From Octopus sinensis (Eukaryota), in NCBI RefSeq assembly GCF_006345805.1, contig NC_043005.1, forward strand, positions 66,650,001 to 66,714,000: a DNA stretch of 64,000 nucleotides, written 5' to 3'. Within the stretch, counting starts at the first letter, position 1, and every line of letters starts with the position of its first letter. Of the stretch, positions 1 to 14,700 are shown one piece after another. A model generated the notes under the pieces. The model was not told the origin of the DNA and ran no database searches. It saw nothing but the letters and a program-made list of their open reading frames with translations. The position numbers were made by a program, and so were the translations under genes.

Positions 1-985
1 GCGGATGCATAGTATAGGTGGTTGAGATATGTGATATCAACATCATTAGCTGAAATTATATCCTTAAGTGGAAGCCGGGTTTTACCAATTATTTTCATGT
101 TTTGGTTAGAGTTGCGGATTTTAGGGAGTGTATCACGTTCATCCATACTGGTTTCTTTAATGTTCAGCCATTCAATCATGATTTGACTTTTTAGCTCATG
201 TAGTTCTGTCGGGTCAATATTTGTGTGACTTTCTTCATCTATTTGATGTTCATCTGTCTTAGTGTTAATATTTGGTTCAGGGAGTATTTCACTTTGCCTA
301 TCACTTATACTAACTCTTTCAATCCTTACTTCGTTTTTATTAGCTCTGAGCTGGTCTATAATTATTTCCTCTGTATTATCTTCTCTAGCTGCAGCTTCGT
401 TCAATCTATCCGTTACTGCTTGTCTAATTTGATCAATCTCTACTTAAGTCAGTAATTTTTTTTTATAATGTTTCTTCTGACGTTGGCAAGTTTGTTACTG
501 TCTATGTATGGTCTTACTTCAGGGTGTTTATGTCTCCAGTTTATGTAGGTTTGTATAGTGTTCGATTTATCTGTGGGGAAATATATGGCATGGTAGAAGG
601 CCGCAAGAACTTCTTTATTATCTTCCCTAGTCCATTTTTCCTTCTTTTTCTTTTGAGTGTTTGATGACGAGCATGGATGGCCATCTGTTGGAATATTCCA
701 GTTGCGGGGTACGTCCAGCTCCTGTGTGTCGGGAAGATTTGATCCAGTAGCTGATTTTTCAATCAGACTTTGGTTCAATTTTCGGGTACGTGGTCTTTTG
801 TAGTCCGCTCGTCGACCATCGCGGATTGTAGGTTGTTTTGTTGACATTGAAGCATGACGAGCTTCGACTCTTACATTAAGAGACGGATCTGTCAGTTTAG
901 GATCCTCTGCACGTAAACATTGTTCGTAGCGCAGCTTCTTAAGGCTAGCAGATCTGTATTCGTCTGTATTTTTTATATGTATTTT
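1..985 (-). mobile_element. 5' part of an R4/Dong-like non-LTR retrotransposon (degraded ORF; runs off the window start)
   Basis: ORF 449..847 contains KWTREDNKEVLAAFY...KLANVRRNIIKKNY, resembling the R4/Dong N-terminal region. 665-755 is homologous to 5275-5365 of the copy at 5-6.9 kb. Confidence 0.7.
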
Positions 986-991
986 TAATAA

Positions 992-1680
<689 letters not shown>

Positions 1681-2449
1681 CTGTTGCTATTCTTGTTGTC
1701 TTATCAGAACGTGGTGCTGGCAGAAACTTTAGATCACGTTTCAACAAAATAAGATTTCAATCTTATTCATTAAACTTTGAAACATTTTCAACAATAGAAT
1801 ACAAATGCTTACGCATTGGTTTCTGTTCATTAAAACTGATGAGGATCTACTTCGAGCTGGATTATACAGTCGGAAAGTTATCTACGTTCTGTTTAAATTC
1901 CGAGACAGCACTAGAGATATAGAACTAAATTATCAACCCACTGTGTTAGTTGATTCCACATTTCACAATATGAATCTTAAGTGTCCGGAAATTGTCTATA
2001 ATTTAGGTGTTATTAAACGAACTGGGCATCAAGCTGATCTATCTATCCGTGTATATAGTTTTATTAAAATTAGTTGTTTACCGGCATGAAAGCGTGTTAT
2101 ACGTTTTAGAAGCAATTGCTTCTTATCGAAATTCAAAACCAAGGAATCCTTTTGACCACAAGCTTGTCATTCGTTTGGTGGTGGTGTTGGGGTGAAACGT
2201 GACAACAGTAAATGTTTAAAAGAATATCCTTTCAGCATAAACCTCTGGTTAAATATTATTATCATTTGAAGATTCAAAACATCACCTGTGGAAAGATGTC
2301 TCGCAAACAACTTGCACATGCAAGTGCTGCCAGTCAAAAACTCCGCATACCGGAAGTCAGCAAGTGTATGGGGTCATCAGGAGAGAATGTGCGCCGTTTA
2401 GGGGCCTACCTCACGACGGCATCAATGCGTACCGGTCCTCCTCACTGAT

Positions 2450-2710
2450 ATGAGACCCCGCTTGTTAGATCAGCTGGTTATCAAATAAAGCTCAATATTC
2501 TTCTAGCCATCGCTAATCGTCTCTTTTTAACCAAATCCAGTGGCTAGCCTTCTCCACTGTAGTTTGGATATCGGTCATGGTGGTATTGACTTTACGATGA
2601 GTTAGGCATAACGATAACAACAGTCGTCTCACACTGCGTAAATCCTTTCTTGTATCGAAAACTGAGCTTGTTAATTTACCCAGGTTCTCCACTGTAGAGC
2701 CTCTCATTTT
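2450..2710 (-). mobile_element. C-terminal fragment of a HERO-like REL non-LTR retrotransposon
   Basis: ORF 2513..2707 ends TTVEKASHWIWLKRDD, resembling the AEKASxWxWLKR terminus of HERO-type ORFs. Confidence 0.5.
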
Positions 2711-4205
2711 ATAAATATATAACTAAAATATTTGTATGTCAGCAAAATGTAGGATTACGCAAATGTGGTGCGAAAAAATGAGGCACCAGAAACCATGATA
2801 GCAAGCAGGTAGAAGTACTAACTAGAAATCTATTTGGTTATTATTTTACGTTCTGAAACACTATGGCATTTACCTGGTTAAGGAGTGCATTTATAATCTC
2901 AAAGCGTATGCAGGCTTTCTGTATATTTATCGCTAGAATAAAGTGCGTATATTCAAGCACGTTCGGTTGAAAAGGCATTCCAGAGAACTTGGGGATTTGA
3001 TACATAATTAGCTTATTCAAATTTCACCTTAGAGGCATCCAGTATTCCTGATTTTTTTTTCATACCGATTTCCGTTCGGGAAAGTAGAGAGCATACAATG
3101 ATCTCATAAAGCCATCAGTAAAATATAGAAATTATTTTTAGAGTCTCAGGCAAATTATATTTGAGCTTTCCTATCCTTTACGTTCCAGGTGTTAGAAATT
3201 TTCAATATTTTATGCAAATGGAAGTTTTGCTAAACCATTCAAAATTGATTGCACGTTGTGTTTCTCTTAGGCAATAATGCCGAATACAACAACGTATTGT
3301 GTAAAGAATCTGTGTTTCAGTTTCAAATACCTCGAGACATGTTTACAATATTTACCAGCATATGCACTTAATTTCAACTCCCCTTGAATTATAAATATGC
3401 AAAGACAGAAATTACTCGAAGAAGATGAGGAAAGATTGGAAGTGGAGGATGTATAGCTAATTAATAATTTGTTTGTTTGAAAATGGAAATAGGTTTTCAT
3501 AACGTGACTTATAATTCAAGAATTTGGAGATATAAAAGAGATGAACATTTTCTTCAGGTAGCCAAGACTTAGAAAGAAGTGATTGCAATTATAAACTTTA
3601 TCTGTAACTCGCAACTAAATTGTATTTATGTTAATGCTTCCTGGTGGGTTCTGTGCAGCGTGGACTGGACTTTCTGCCACTCTGTTTTTAAGGCTACAAA
3701 CATCAAACATTTATTTGAACAACTAGTCATTATAATTGATGCAAGTATTTGCTACTTAGTCTCTACCTCCAATTACGCATTCTCTATGAGAAACCATAAT
3801 CTTTTCATTATTGACAAAGCGTACATATATTCAATGCACGTTCGTAGTGGTATGGATAAAACAGGCGTTGGAACTGCATTTGAAGGGATGGTGAGTTCGC
3901 TAGATATTTACATCATGTTTTATAAGGTCTACGAAAACATACTTCACTAATTGAAATTTATATTAAAAACTCTGTCGACGTCTCTAAATACATGCAGTAC
4001 ATGCAGGTTAAACAATGTACATGCAGGTTAAAACAATGGTAATTTGTATCACGTTTGCTTTATTTTGGAGAAGAGATGCTAATGACAAAAGCTACGCTTC
4101 TGAATTTGTCATCATCGATGCTCCAAATCTGATTGAAATTCGAAAATACTCTATTGTATGATACTCTTTGCTACACAACACTGGGTAGGTAACAGTGCAC
4201 TGCGC

Positions 4206-4451
<246 letters not shown>

Positions 4452-5039
4452 TAGCTCAATAACATTAGCTCAATAACAAAGCGGACGTGCTACTTAGGGG
4501 TCTCGGTACAAAACAGATATAATCTAGCTGTGTTGGTGGAATGGGAAAAAAGATTCTGTTGGAGACTTGATGAAAGCGGTCTCTTAACGCAAAAAGCACA
4601 AAACAGATGAAATTCTATTGCCATACAAAGCATAGTTTCTCGCATACATATCTCAAAGGGACATGTGCGAAAGAATGCAAATCAACAGCGTGATGTTTAC
4701 AAAATATAAAATATAAGTGGAACAACACAGTGTGTACGTAAAATGATTAATTACGCATACATTCGAATGTTTTTACAATCATGTGTGCGTATTAATATCA
4801 ATAGGCTTATACATGCACTCTAATATTTACAAAACTAGATGAATTTTACACCACACACAAACGCGCGCATACGAAAATATGTGACACACATTAACCAAGA
4901 CAATAACAAAAACAATTTTCTTCGGACTAACACAGAAAGAGCGAATAATCACTAAGCTTAAAATACGACAAAGCAACTATGCCTGAAGATAAGTCTAAGA
5001 ACAGAAACAACTGAAAAAACAGAGGCGAATGTTGGTCTA

Positions 5040-6900
5040 TGAGCCTGATGACATTACGTCCCATTAAGCATTTTCATTCAAAGAACTCGGAGGCGGTGTT
5101 GTCTCAATAAGTAAACGCTAAACTAGCAGAACTGTCCCCTAGAGTCATCGTCCAAGCTCTTCATGTTTGAATGATAGAAATGCAAAATTCGCACTAGATT
5201 GGTCGCCACCCGGATCAATATGGGATGCTCCCCCAGTGAGGAATCATCTGTTCGTGGTGGGGTGGGGTGAAATCAGCTACTGCGTCAAATCTTCTGGAAA
5301 TTAAGGAGCTCGACGTACCCCCACAATCGGAATATTCCCACAGATAGCCATCCATGTTGATTATCAAATAATTAATAGAACAGGAATGAAAGATTGTCCA
5401 AGGAAGATAAGCCATGTATGTCTCAACAAATAAATCCAATACTGAACAAACCTATCTAAATTGGAGAGAAAAAACATCTTGAAGTACAATCTTACAAAGA
5501 TTGTAACGAGCGTGCCAACGACAGAAAGAAAACGTATGAAGGGAGTACTATAGAAGAATGTCTTGTACTGAAGACTGAACTCAACTCCCCAAATCGCTTC
5601 GAAGCCATTAATAGCCTGGTACTTCCAGGACTCCATTAAAGCTCTAACATCATTAACTGGAATCCTACGGAACTCCAACGCCTGGACGGGAAAACTAGAA
5701 AATTATTGACATCTAAGAATATGCACTGCACAAAAGTAGACATTGACCGCCTGTACCTACCTAGAAGTAATTAGGGGGTGGAATGATGCAGGTAGAACTG
5801 TGCTATAAGATCTGGACATTAGTAATAGACAGGTACTTAATTTGAACAGAGGATTGGATGCTGCGACTTGTGTGCAAATATAAAAGCCACAAAACCTCAC
5901 ATTATGTTGTCAAGGAATTTTATAAACTCGCAAGGGGACTTGACATTAATTCTGAATTAAAGAACCTGAAACCACTGCCACCAAAAAAGCAAAACGAATT
6001 AAGCAGACTGCAAAAAAGAACGGGGAGAAACAAATTGACGAGCGGTGGAACCAGAAGTGCATGCATGCACATTATATTCTTCGATGCGAAAATGATGTTC
6101 ATTGAGCCACAATCCATCAGTGACTGAGGACTTCAGGACTGAATATTTCATATTGGTGGCTCAAAATCAAAGTTTGCTTACCAGAAACTACCGGGCTAAC
6201 GTTCTTCAAAACGGTACTGACCCCAAATGCATATTGTGCGGCACATTTGACGAAGCAATAAACCACCTCTTTTCCGGATATCCTGTGCTGACACCACACG
6301 AATACGAAAATCGCCACGATACGGTATAATAATATTTACATTGGAAAATATGTAAACACTACAAAATATGTACTCCTGATTACTATGAACATCACCCTGA
6401 GCCAGTCGTTCAAGGTAAAAATATCACTATCATCTGTGACTTTGCAGCCAACACTGACAGAATGATCCAGACAGGGAAGTAAATATTTGTAGCCTAATAG
6501 ATGTAAGTGTTCTCATTGATAAAATATTTACTGTAAAGGAATTTGACAAATTAAGCAAATATAAGTACCTGGAAATTGAAATATTAAATATGGGGCATTT
6601 TAAAGCAAAATCTGTTCTGTATGATAAGAAATGGATGTCAGAAATATCTAGACAACATCCCAGGAGAACCATGACTCAGAGAAATCTAGAAGATTTTGAT
6701 GACAAGTACGTGCCCACGTCATTAGAGAAACTCTATCAATTTAAATGTCTCTGTTGTATCACATGGAGATATTTTGCTACTACCCCTGCCACTTCACCTC
6801 CCCAAGCTTTTAGTTATACTGCTACATCTCTTATTCTTAGTGCCTAGGGCACTGAGTGTGTCTTGGCAAGTGATTGCAATGAACATGCAGATTTAAAGTA
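5040..6900 (+). mobile_element. Degraded, internally deleted R4/Dong-like retrotransposon
   Basis: Frame-shifted ELNSPNRFEAINSL...LQRLDGKTRKLLT...DIDRLYLPR; CCHC-like DPKCILCGTFDEAINHLFSG; REL remnant; ends in an (AAC/AAT)-rich tract near 6905-6978. Confidence 0.85.
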
Positions 6901-8591
6901 AATAGCAACAACAATAACATCACCACTACCACCACAAACAACAGCAACAACAACAATAATAATAATCATAATAATAGGCTGTGACATTATTAATTGTTGA
7001 GAGAGAGCTGAAAACATTTTTTGAGCAATAGCTTCATACCGATGTGTTGATGTAGTGAAAAAGATGGAAATGGAAACAGCAAAACTATTTTTCCGAATAT
7101 TTATACTTAACTCCCTGAATCCACAAGAAATATTTCTTTATTAAGTTAATTGACTTTAAAAGCCTGACGAAGTAGGTATGCTTTTACGAAATGTATCTCG
7201 TCGGTAACGATTTTGCAACGGATCATAGATGATTATTATTAACATATACGATAACTGCATAGTTACCTGCTAGATTAATAATTCGCGATTAGTGTCAGAC
7301 ATTAATTCTTCAATACGCGTAAGGTCTTTCAGTAGCATTAAACATATTTCAAGATAAACATTATAAAAAAGTTACATTATTTCTTCGTCAACTAGAAGTT
7401 TCCCATGAACAATTGTATGTAGCCATTTTAAGAACGAGACCTCTTGTTAGCATGAAGATAAAGTGGATAACCACTCTGAAGCAACTAGAACCAACACAAA
7501 ATACAAGTTTCAAAATGATTTTTTCTCACGAGTATTCCTCGAATACTGCTTATATGAGTTCATCGCATTATCTCAAGGGCCAACACTTCAGAAAAATGCA
7601 ATATCAAATGAAGTTATATACTTCAGGATTCTCTTTAAAATTAATTTTTCCTGATTAAAGAATAAAATATTTTGTTGGATTGTAGCTATAAAAGAACTGA
7701 ATTTAGGTCATTATATTACCTGTAGCATTGGTGAATTACTTGTGCTTAATTCACCAATACTACATTATTGCCGTCCATATGAGGCAATGCTGAACATTAA
7801 AGAAAATAGCTATTTGCTGTTTCATTTGATGGGCCATATTTCACTCCTGGGATGTATAGGAAAAGTATAAATTTTACCGGTTGTCGAAGTACAATCATAA
7901 AAATCATTTTAACAAATTCTATGAGAACGAAATATCTGAGATACATACTAATAATTACTAATATTTCAGTCGATTCTGTTTAGCCGTTCAAAGAAGATAG
8001 TGGCCATATTGAAAACGGAAAAAAATTGTAAAATCCAATAAATTGTAACTGATCAGTTTTATATGGACTTCCAATGTGTGTTAAGCCGCAAAAGTCTGTT
8101 TGCTGAATAACAAAATAAACAATTAAATAAATGAAAAATTGGAAAAGAGACAAAACAACAAAGCAATAAACAATTACAGCAAACTGACAGTAGATTATTT
8201 CAAGTAGCTCATGTCCCTTCTATAATTAAGCACGTCATTTTAGCAATGAAATGGAAATGATAATATTGTAACGAAACGAGAAACCTTCTCATCACGAGCG
8301 CTGTCTGTGTTTTTCTATTTGATTATTGATCTGTTTTTTTCTAGTGTGTTTTGCTCTTTGCCTCCTGCACACGGTTCTTGATGACAGAAAAAAGATTCGC
8401 TTTCGAACATTCATAGCGTGCATTGTTAATTGTTGTGAACGTATTCCCTGAAAAGAGTTGTAACTCATCTTAAAGATTTAAAACCATCAGAAAAATGATG
8501 TTTCATATAGAACAAAAAAAGGCTCATATTCAAATAGTTTCTAACCGAAACATATATTTAGTAAATATGATGTGTGTTTATAGATTATAAA

Positions 8592-8850
<259 letters not shown>

Positions 8851-8864
8851 ATATATATATATAT

Positions 8865-9014
8865 GACTATATAAATGCACACAAACATATATATGAATTA
8901 AGTTTTTTTCAGTCACCCAAATTGAGATGTGTATAAACATATCCGTCAAAGGAAACTCTTGCTCTAGAGGTAGGACAAACATACGTTACGTAGACATACA
9001 CACGTGTATATATA

Positions 9015-9062
<48 letters not shown>

Positions 9063-9240
9063 ATATATATGACTATATAAATGCACACAAACATATATAT
9101 GAATTAATTCTTTTTCAGTCACCCAAATTGAGATGTGTATAAACATATCCGTCAAAGGAAATTGTCGCTCTAGAGGTAGGACAAACATACGTTACGTAGA
9201 CATACACACGTGTATATATATGTGCATATATATATATATA
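8865..9240. repeat. Tandem duplication with a 206-bp period, units bounded by (TA)n
   Basis: gactatataaatgcacac...gtgtatatatatgtgc occurs at 8865 and 9071. Confidence 0.9.
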
Positions 9241-9246
9241 TACATA

Positions 9247-10677
9247 CTGCCTTGGCCAAAAGTATTAAGCCACCTCAATGCTTTGGGGTTCTGCTATTTC
9301 AGTGTTAATGAAACTCGTGTACATGGTAGTTTATGGTATATTTCACAATATACATTAGTTTTAATATCTAGTTGACCCTCCTTTAGCATCAATTACCACT
9401 TTTATACTATACTGTACATATGCAACTAATTATGAGTAAGACCAACGTCCAAAATTAGCTTATGTTTCCTTGATTATTTTAGAGTTTTACGCTAAAATAT
9501 GTTGTAGATACAGTTAATAAATAGTAAAATACCTAAAACAAGGGTGCTAAGTGAGTGTAAGCGAGGTCAAATTGTATCTCACCGTAAAGATGGTATGCCT
9601 CGAAGGCAAATTGCTCAGAAGATGAAATGTTCCCGATGTACGGTGCAAACGACTCTTAAGCGCTTCAGAGAGACAAAAGATGTGAGGACAGTACAAAGAA
9701 CAGGTAGAAAAAACGGTTACATCACCTCGTGATGACAGATCCATTGTCCGTCAGTCGCTCAGAAACAGGTGAAAGACATCGTCGGAGCTATGTGCGGACT
9801 TCAACGAGGCAAGTACTTCACAAATATCAACCAGAACTGTTAGAAGACGGCTTGTAGAGTACGGTCTGAAAGTCTGTAAAGCCAGGAAGATAAGATAGTA
9901 TATGTATTCAACCAACATATACACTTTATGTAACTTTGCCCAAAATATATTAAAAAAGTATCCAACATAAAGCTAATATTATTTTTCACATTTTTACTCA
10001 GGTTTTTGGTAGATCTGGTGCAACTTTCTTGCATCGCAGAGTTGGGGAAGCAGTTAAGGTTGAATGTCTGGTGCCAACCGTAAAACACATGGGGATGGTT
10101 CTATCATGGTGTGGGACTGCATGTTTACCACTGGACCCGGAGGAAAGTTTTTATTTCAGGCAAAGATGACTTCAGCTACATATGTTTCTATGTTATCGGA
10201 TGTTTTAAAGCCATCAATTGCTAAATTGCATCAAGTAGTGTCGAAAACCAGTGTTATCTTTCAACAGGACAACGCTCCGTGTTACATAGCAAAGAATTCT
10301 CGTCAATGGTTTGAAATACAGGGTATTTCTCCCGTAGACTAGCCAGTTGGAAGTTCCGATTTAAATCCGATCGAACACCTATGAATTATTCTTGGTGAAG
10401 CTATTAGGAACACACCAATTAAAAATAAAAAAGATATTGTAATAAACGTTGAGATAAGAATAGAGTAAAATTGCGCCTAGGACCTACAAGAAACTAGTTG
10501 ATTCAATGCCTTACAGATTAAAAACGGTGCTTCATGCTAAAGGAGGGTCAACCAAATATTAAATCTAACGTATATTGTGAAATATACCATAATTTACCAT
10601 GTACACGAGTTTCATTAACGTTGAGATAGCAGAAACCCAAAACACTGGGGATGGCCTAATACTTTTAGCCAAGGCTG
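9247..10677 (+). mobile_element. Tc1-family DNA transposon, near full length, inactivated
   Basis: TIRs of about 145 bp (9247-9392 / 10535-10677), TA on both sides; frame-shifted transposase with HTH region, KHGDGSIMVW, FQQDNAPC, SSDLNPIEHL, HAKGGSTKY*. Confidence 0.92.
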
Positions 10678-10951
10678 TATGTGTTATATATATGTGTGTG
10701 TGGAAGTGTGGTATTGCCATTAATATGCTAAAATTGCCGATGTGCGTGAGTGTTAGCTCACGCACACGGACATCGGCAACTGTCTTCAATTGAAATATTG
10801 AATGCAAGATAAGTCTACATTAATTCACATATTTGTTTTCTTGTGATTTTCCTTGCATTTACTTCGTATTGCTTTGGCCTTGCCGACGATCCTTTATACA
10901 ATATATTCTACACAATGCTTCATACTAATTATTACATATATATATATATAT

Positions 10952-12990
10952 GATTTTGATTTTGATTTTGATTTTTCCAGTTTCAGCTCATGAGCTGTGG
11001 CCATGCTGGGGCACCGCCATTTGGTTTGCTACATGATTTTACCTCACGAATGCTTGTTAGCAACCGCCATTTGGTGCATGAGAGAGTTCGATGCAGCTGC
11101 CCTCATCTGCACCTCCTGCCGTGAAGTTGGTTCATCCGGGACACCTGACAGGAAGAGATCCAGTCCTACTTTAAAGACATCCGCACCTACATCATGCAGG
11201 TCCCTCAGGTTCTTCGGGAGGATATTGAAGAGCTGTGGGCCTCTGAAGCCCAGGCTATCACAGTATCTTGTCCTACATCTTGATGGCAAATTTGGAGTCC
11301 TTGGTACTACGCAGTGGGGCCCGGTTCTGGCATTTGTGTGACTCTCGATGCCAAAGTTTGGGACAAGTCCTTCCAGGATCTTCCAGATATATATTATGGC
11401 ATATCTTTCTCGCCTACGCTCCAGGGAATAGAGTTTTAATCTCTTGAGTTTTTCCCAGTAGCTTATATGCTGCACAGAGGCTATCTTATTCGTGTAGCTT
11501 CGTTGGATCGCCTCAAGTTCTGTGATCGACTTGACACTGGATGGTGACCATAGCTGAGAGCAATAGTCAAAGTGGCTTAGGACAAGTGTCTTCCAGAGGA
11601 CTATCATGGTTTCTTGTTCTCTTGTTCTAAAGGTTCTAAGAATCCATCCGGCCAGCCGTCTACATTTCATTGCCAGTTTAGCAACATGTACATGAAAGGT
11701 CGCGTCATCACTCATGTGAATACCCATGGGATTGCAATCCCTCCGGGTCCAGTGTATTCATTGGGTATTGCATTCAGATTTGCATGCTGATAGCATAAAG
11801 CTTGAAACTTTTCAGCATTGAACTGCATGCTATTCTTTTCAGCCCACTTGTATATTTTGTCCAGCTCACATTGCAGGTGCTTAGTGTCTTCAGGGTCCTG
11901 TATTGCCTGTGAAACTTTTGTATCATCTGCATAACTTGTGATCGTGGCTCTCTGCGTGGCTGAGGGCATGTCTGAGAGGGCCATTATGAACAGTAGTGGT
12001 CCCAAAACAGTGCCCTGCGGAACACCGCTCACTATTTGCGTGTTAATGGAAGTGGCCCCATTAGCTACTACCACATGACTTCTATTCTTCAGAAAGTCAT
12101 GAAGCCATTCTCCCAATTTTCCAACTATGCCAAGATCACGCAGTTTGTGACATATCATTCCATGATCGACTTTATCAAAGGCCTTTGCAAAGTCGAGATA
12201 TATCACTTCCACATTTGAGTGGTTGAGCAGTCATTTCAGCACCCAGTCATAGTGTTGTAGGAGCTGAGTTAAGCAGCTTCTTCCTGGTCGGAAACCATGT
12301 TGGGTGTCAGGCAGCAAGTCATTTTCTTCAAGGAAGGTGATTAGTTTCCTTCTGACTATTCGTTCCATGACCTTGCTGATGTGTGAGGTCAGAGAGATAG
12401 GTCTGTAGTTCTTGGCCTCCGCTCTGCTACCTCCTTTATGAATAGGGCATATTTTACCTTCCTTCAGTTTTCTTGGAAGTTTGCCAGTTGCAAGGAAGCT
12501 CTGAAAGAGAGACTGCAGTGGTCTTGCTAGGGCTTTCTTACATACTTTTAGAAGGATTGCCGGGAATCCATCGGGGCCAGTAGCTGAGTTTGTTTTCATC
12601 TCATCTATAGCCTTTATTACATCGTCTTCCTTTATATTGATGTAATCAATCATCGCCGCATCTGACCCCATATCTGCAGTGGTGAAGAAGTCAGTTGAAT
12701 TGCTGATTTGGAAATGCCCAAGGTGTGGGGTGAAAACACTCTTGAATTGCTCATTTAGTATTTCACTTACCCTCATTGGATTTCCTGTGAGCGTGCCATC
12801 CCTTTCAAGGAGTGGCCCTATCCTACAGTACACCGTAGCTGTTTCTTTGGCATACCTGTAGAAAGCTCTGGGGTTAGATTTTATGTTGTCTATAGCCCAG
12901 GCTTCTTTGTCTGCTCTTTCCTTTTCATGGGAGAGTTGCAGACATTTTTCAATTTCCAACAGTTTCATTTTCAGGCGGGACTTTTCACTA
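10952..12990 (-). mobile_element. 5'-truncated CR1-group (CR1/L2/Crack-like) LINE, RT in three frames
   Basis: [57 protein letters not shown]; (AAATC)n tail at 10952-10976; both ends in (TA)n. Confidence 0.95.
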
Positions 12991-13045
12991 CATATATATA
13001 TATATATAGATATATATATATGTATGTATGTATATATACATATGC

Positions 13046-13103
<58 letters not shown>

Positions 13104-13195
13104 CACATACATATATATATATATATATACATACATATATATATATACATATTTAGAGAGAGAGGGGGAGAGAAAAACGAAAGTGAGAGTATCCT

Positions 13196-13345
13196 TCTTT
13201 TCTTTTACTTGTTTCAGTTATTTAGGCTGCGGTCATACTGGAGCACCATATTGAAGAATTTTAGCGTGGTATTGATTCTTTTGCCGAGCTGCTAAGCTAC
13301 GAGGATGTAAACACACGAACACTAGTTGTCAAGCAGTAGTGAAGG
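13196..13345 (-). mobile_element. 3' half of a CORE-like tRNA SINE
   Basis: Reverse complement of ggtgctccagtatgaccgcagcc...ctgaaacaagtaaaag. Confidence 0.7.
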
Positions 13346-13361
13346 CGGATATACATGCAGA

Positions 13362-13504
<143 letters not shown>

Positions 13505-13937
13505 GTACGCACACCACACACACGCACACACGAGCACACACAACACACATTATACCATAAAAATTCACTTGAGTCAGGTACATATATTAAGGCACCTTAT
13601 TAGGTCAAAATTTGCACACTCAAACAATATCAGGTGAACAGCCATCGCTGTGCAGGAGCATTTGCACCCGTTATGCTCGCAGTGTATACAGACAAATATA
13701 TAACAGCGAAATTAATGTAAATATTTAAGCTTCGATGGTTATATGAATATGTTTTTTAGCAGTTTGTACTTTTTGCTTGAAGCCTATGCAGTCATCTGAA
13801 ATAAACGGTTTCTTTGTAATGCTGAAATATTTTCATTAATTAATTAAAGGAGTCGCTTGAAACGATCGTAATGAATTGAAACCTGTACATCTTTGTTACT
13901 CATCTCTCTCTCTACCTATATATATATATTATATATA

Positions 13938-13973
<36 letters not shown>

Positions 13974-13990
13974 TATATATATATATCATA

Positions 13991-14044
<54 letters not shown>

Positions 14045-14476
14045 AACAAGTAAAAAATAGAAAATGCTAAAATAATTTTATAGTGAACATTTCAGTACCG
14101 GTTTCGGTCATTTTGAGACCTTTTCAACTGTAACGATTAATAATTAAATTTAGAAAATTAGAAGAAAAGTTTTTTTAAAAGAATATTCTTAGTAGTGTTC
14201 AGATTTAAGTGGCATTCTGCCTTTCTCTGACTCCTTGTTTGCACTTGTGTGTTCGAGGTAGTTGTGAGTTCTTGGTAGGGTAGTAGAGGGAAGGCTGGTG
14301 AGGAAAGGGGGGTGGGAGAATCTGGGAGTGCCCTGATGGTCGTATTTTGAATGGTCAGTGGCGGCTGGCAGTCTCAGTTCAATTCAGGAGAATATTATAT
14401 TGACAGGCTTGTTTATAGAATTAGCGTAGGTGTTACTAAAAAACATTAGTGACAAACTTAAGGGGTAGGGGGTGGA

Positions 14477-14700
14477 GAAAGAAGAAGAAGAAGAAGAAGA
14501 AGGAGAAGGAGAAGGAGAAGATGATGGTGATGGTGGTGATGATGATGATAACGATGATGATGAAGAAGAAGAAGAAGAAGAAGAGGAGGAGAAGGAGAAG
14601 ATGGTGATGATGATGGTGGCGATGATGATGACGCCGATGATGATGATGATAACGATGATGATGAAGAAGAAGAGGAAGAAGAAGAAGAAGAAAAAAACAG
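14477..14700. repeat. (GAA)n/(GAT)n/(GGA)n purine-rich tract inside the Penelope 3' region
   Basis: Read directly from the sequence. Confidence 0.9.
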
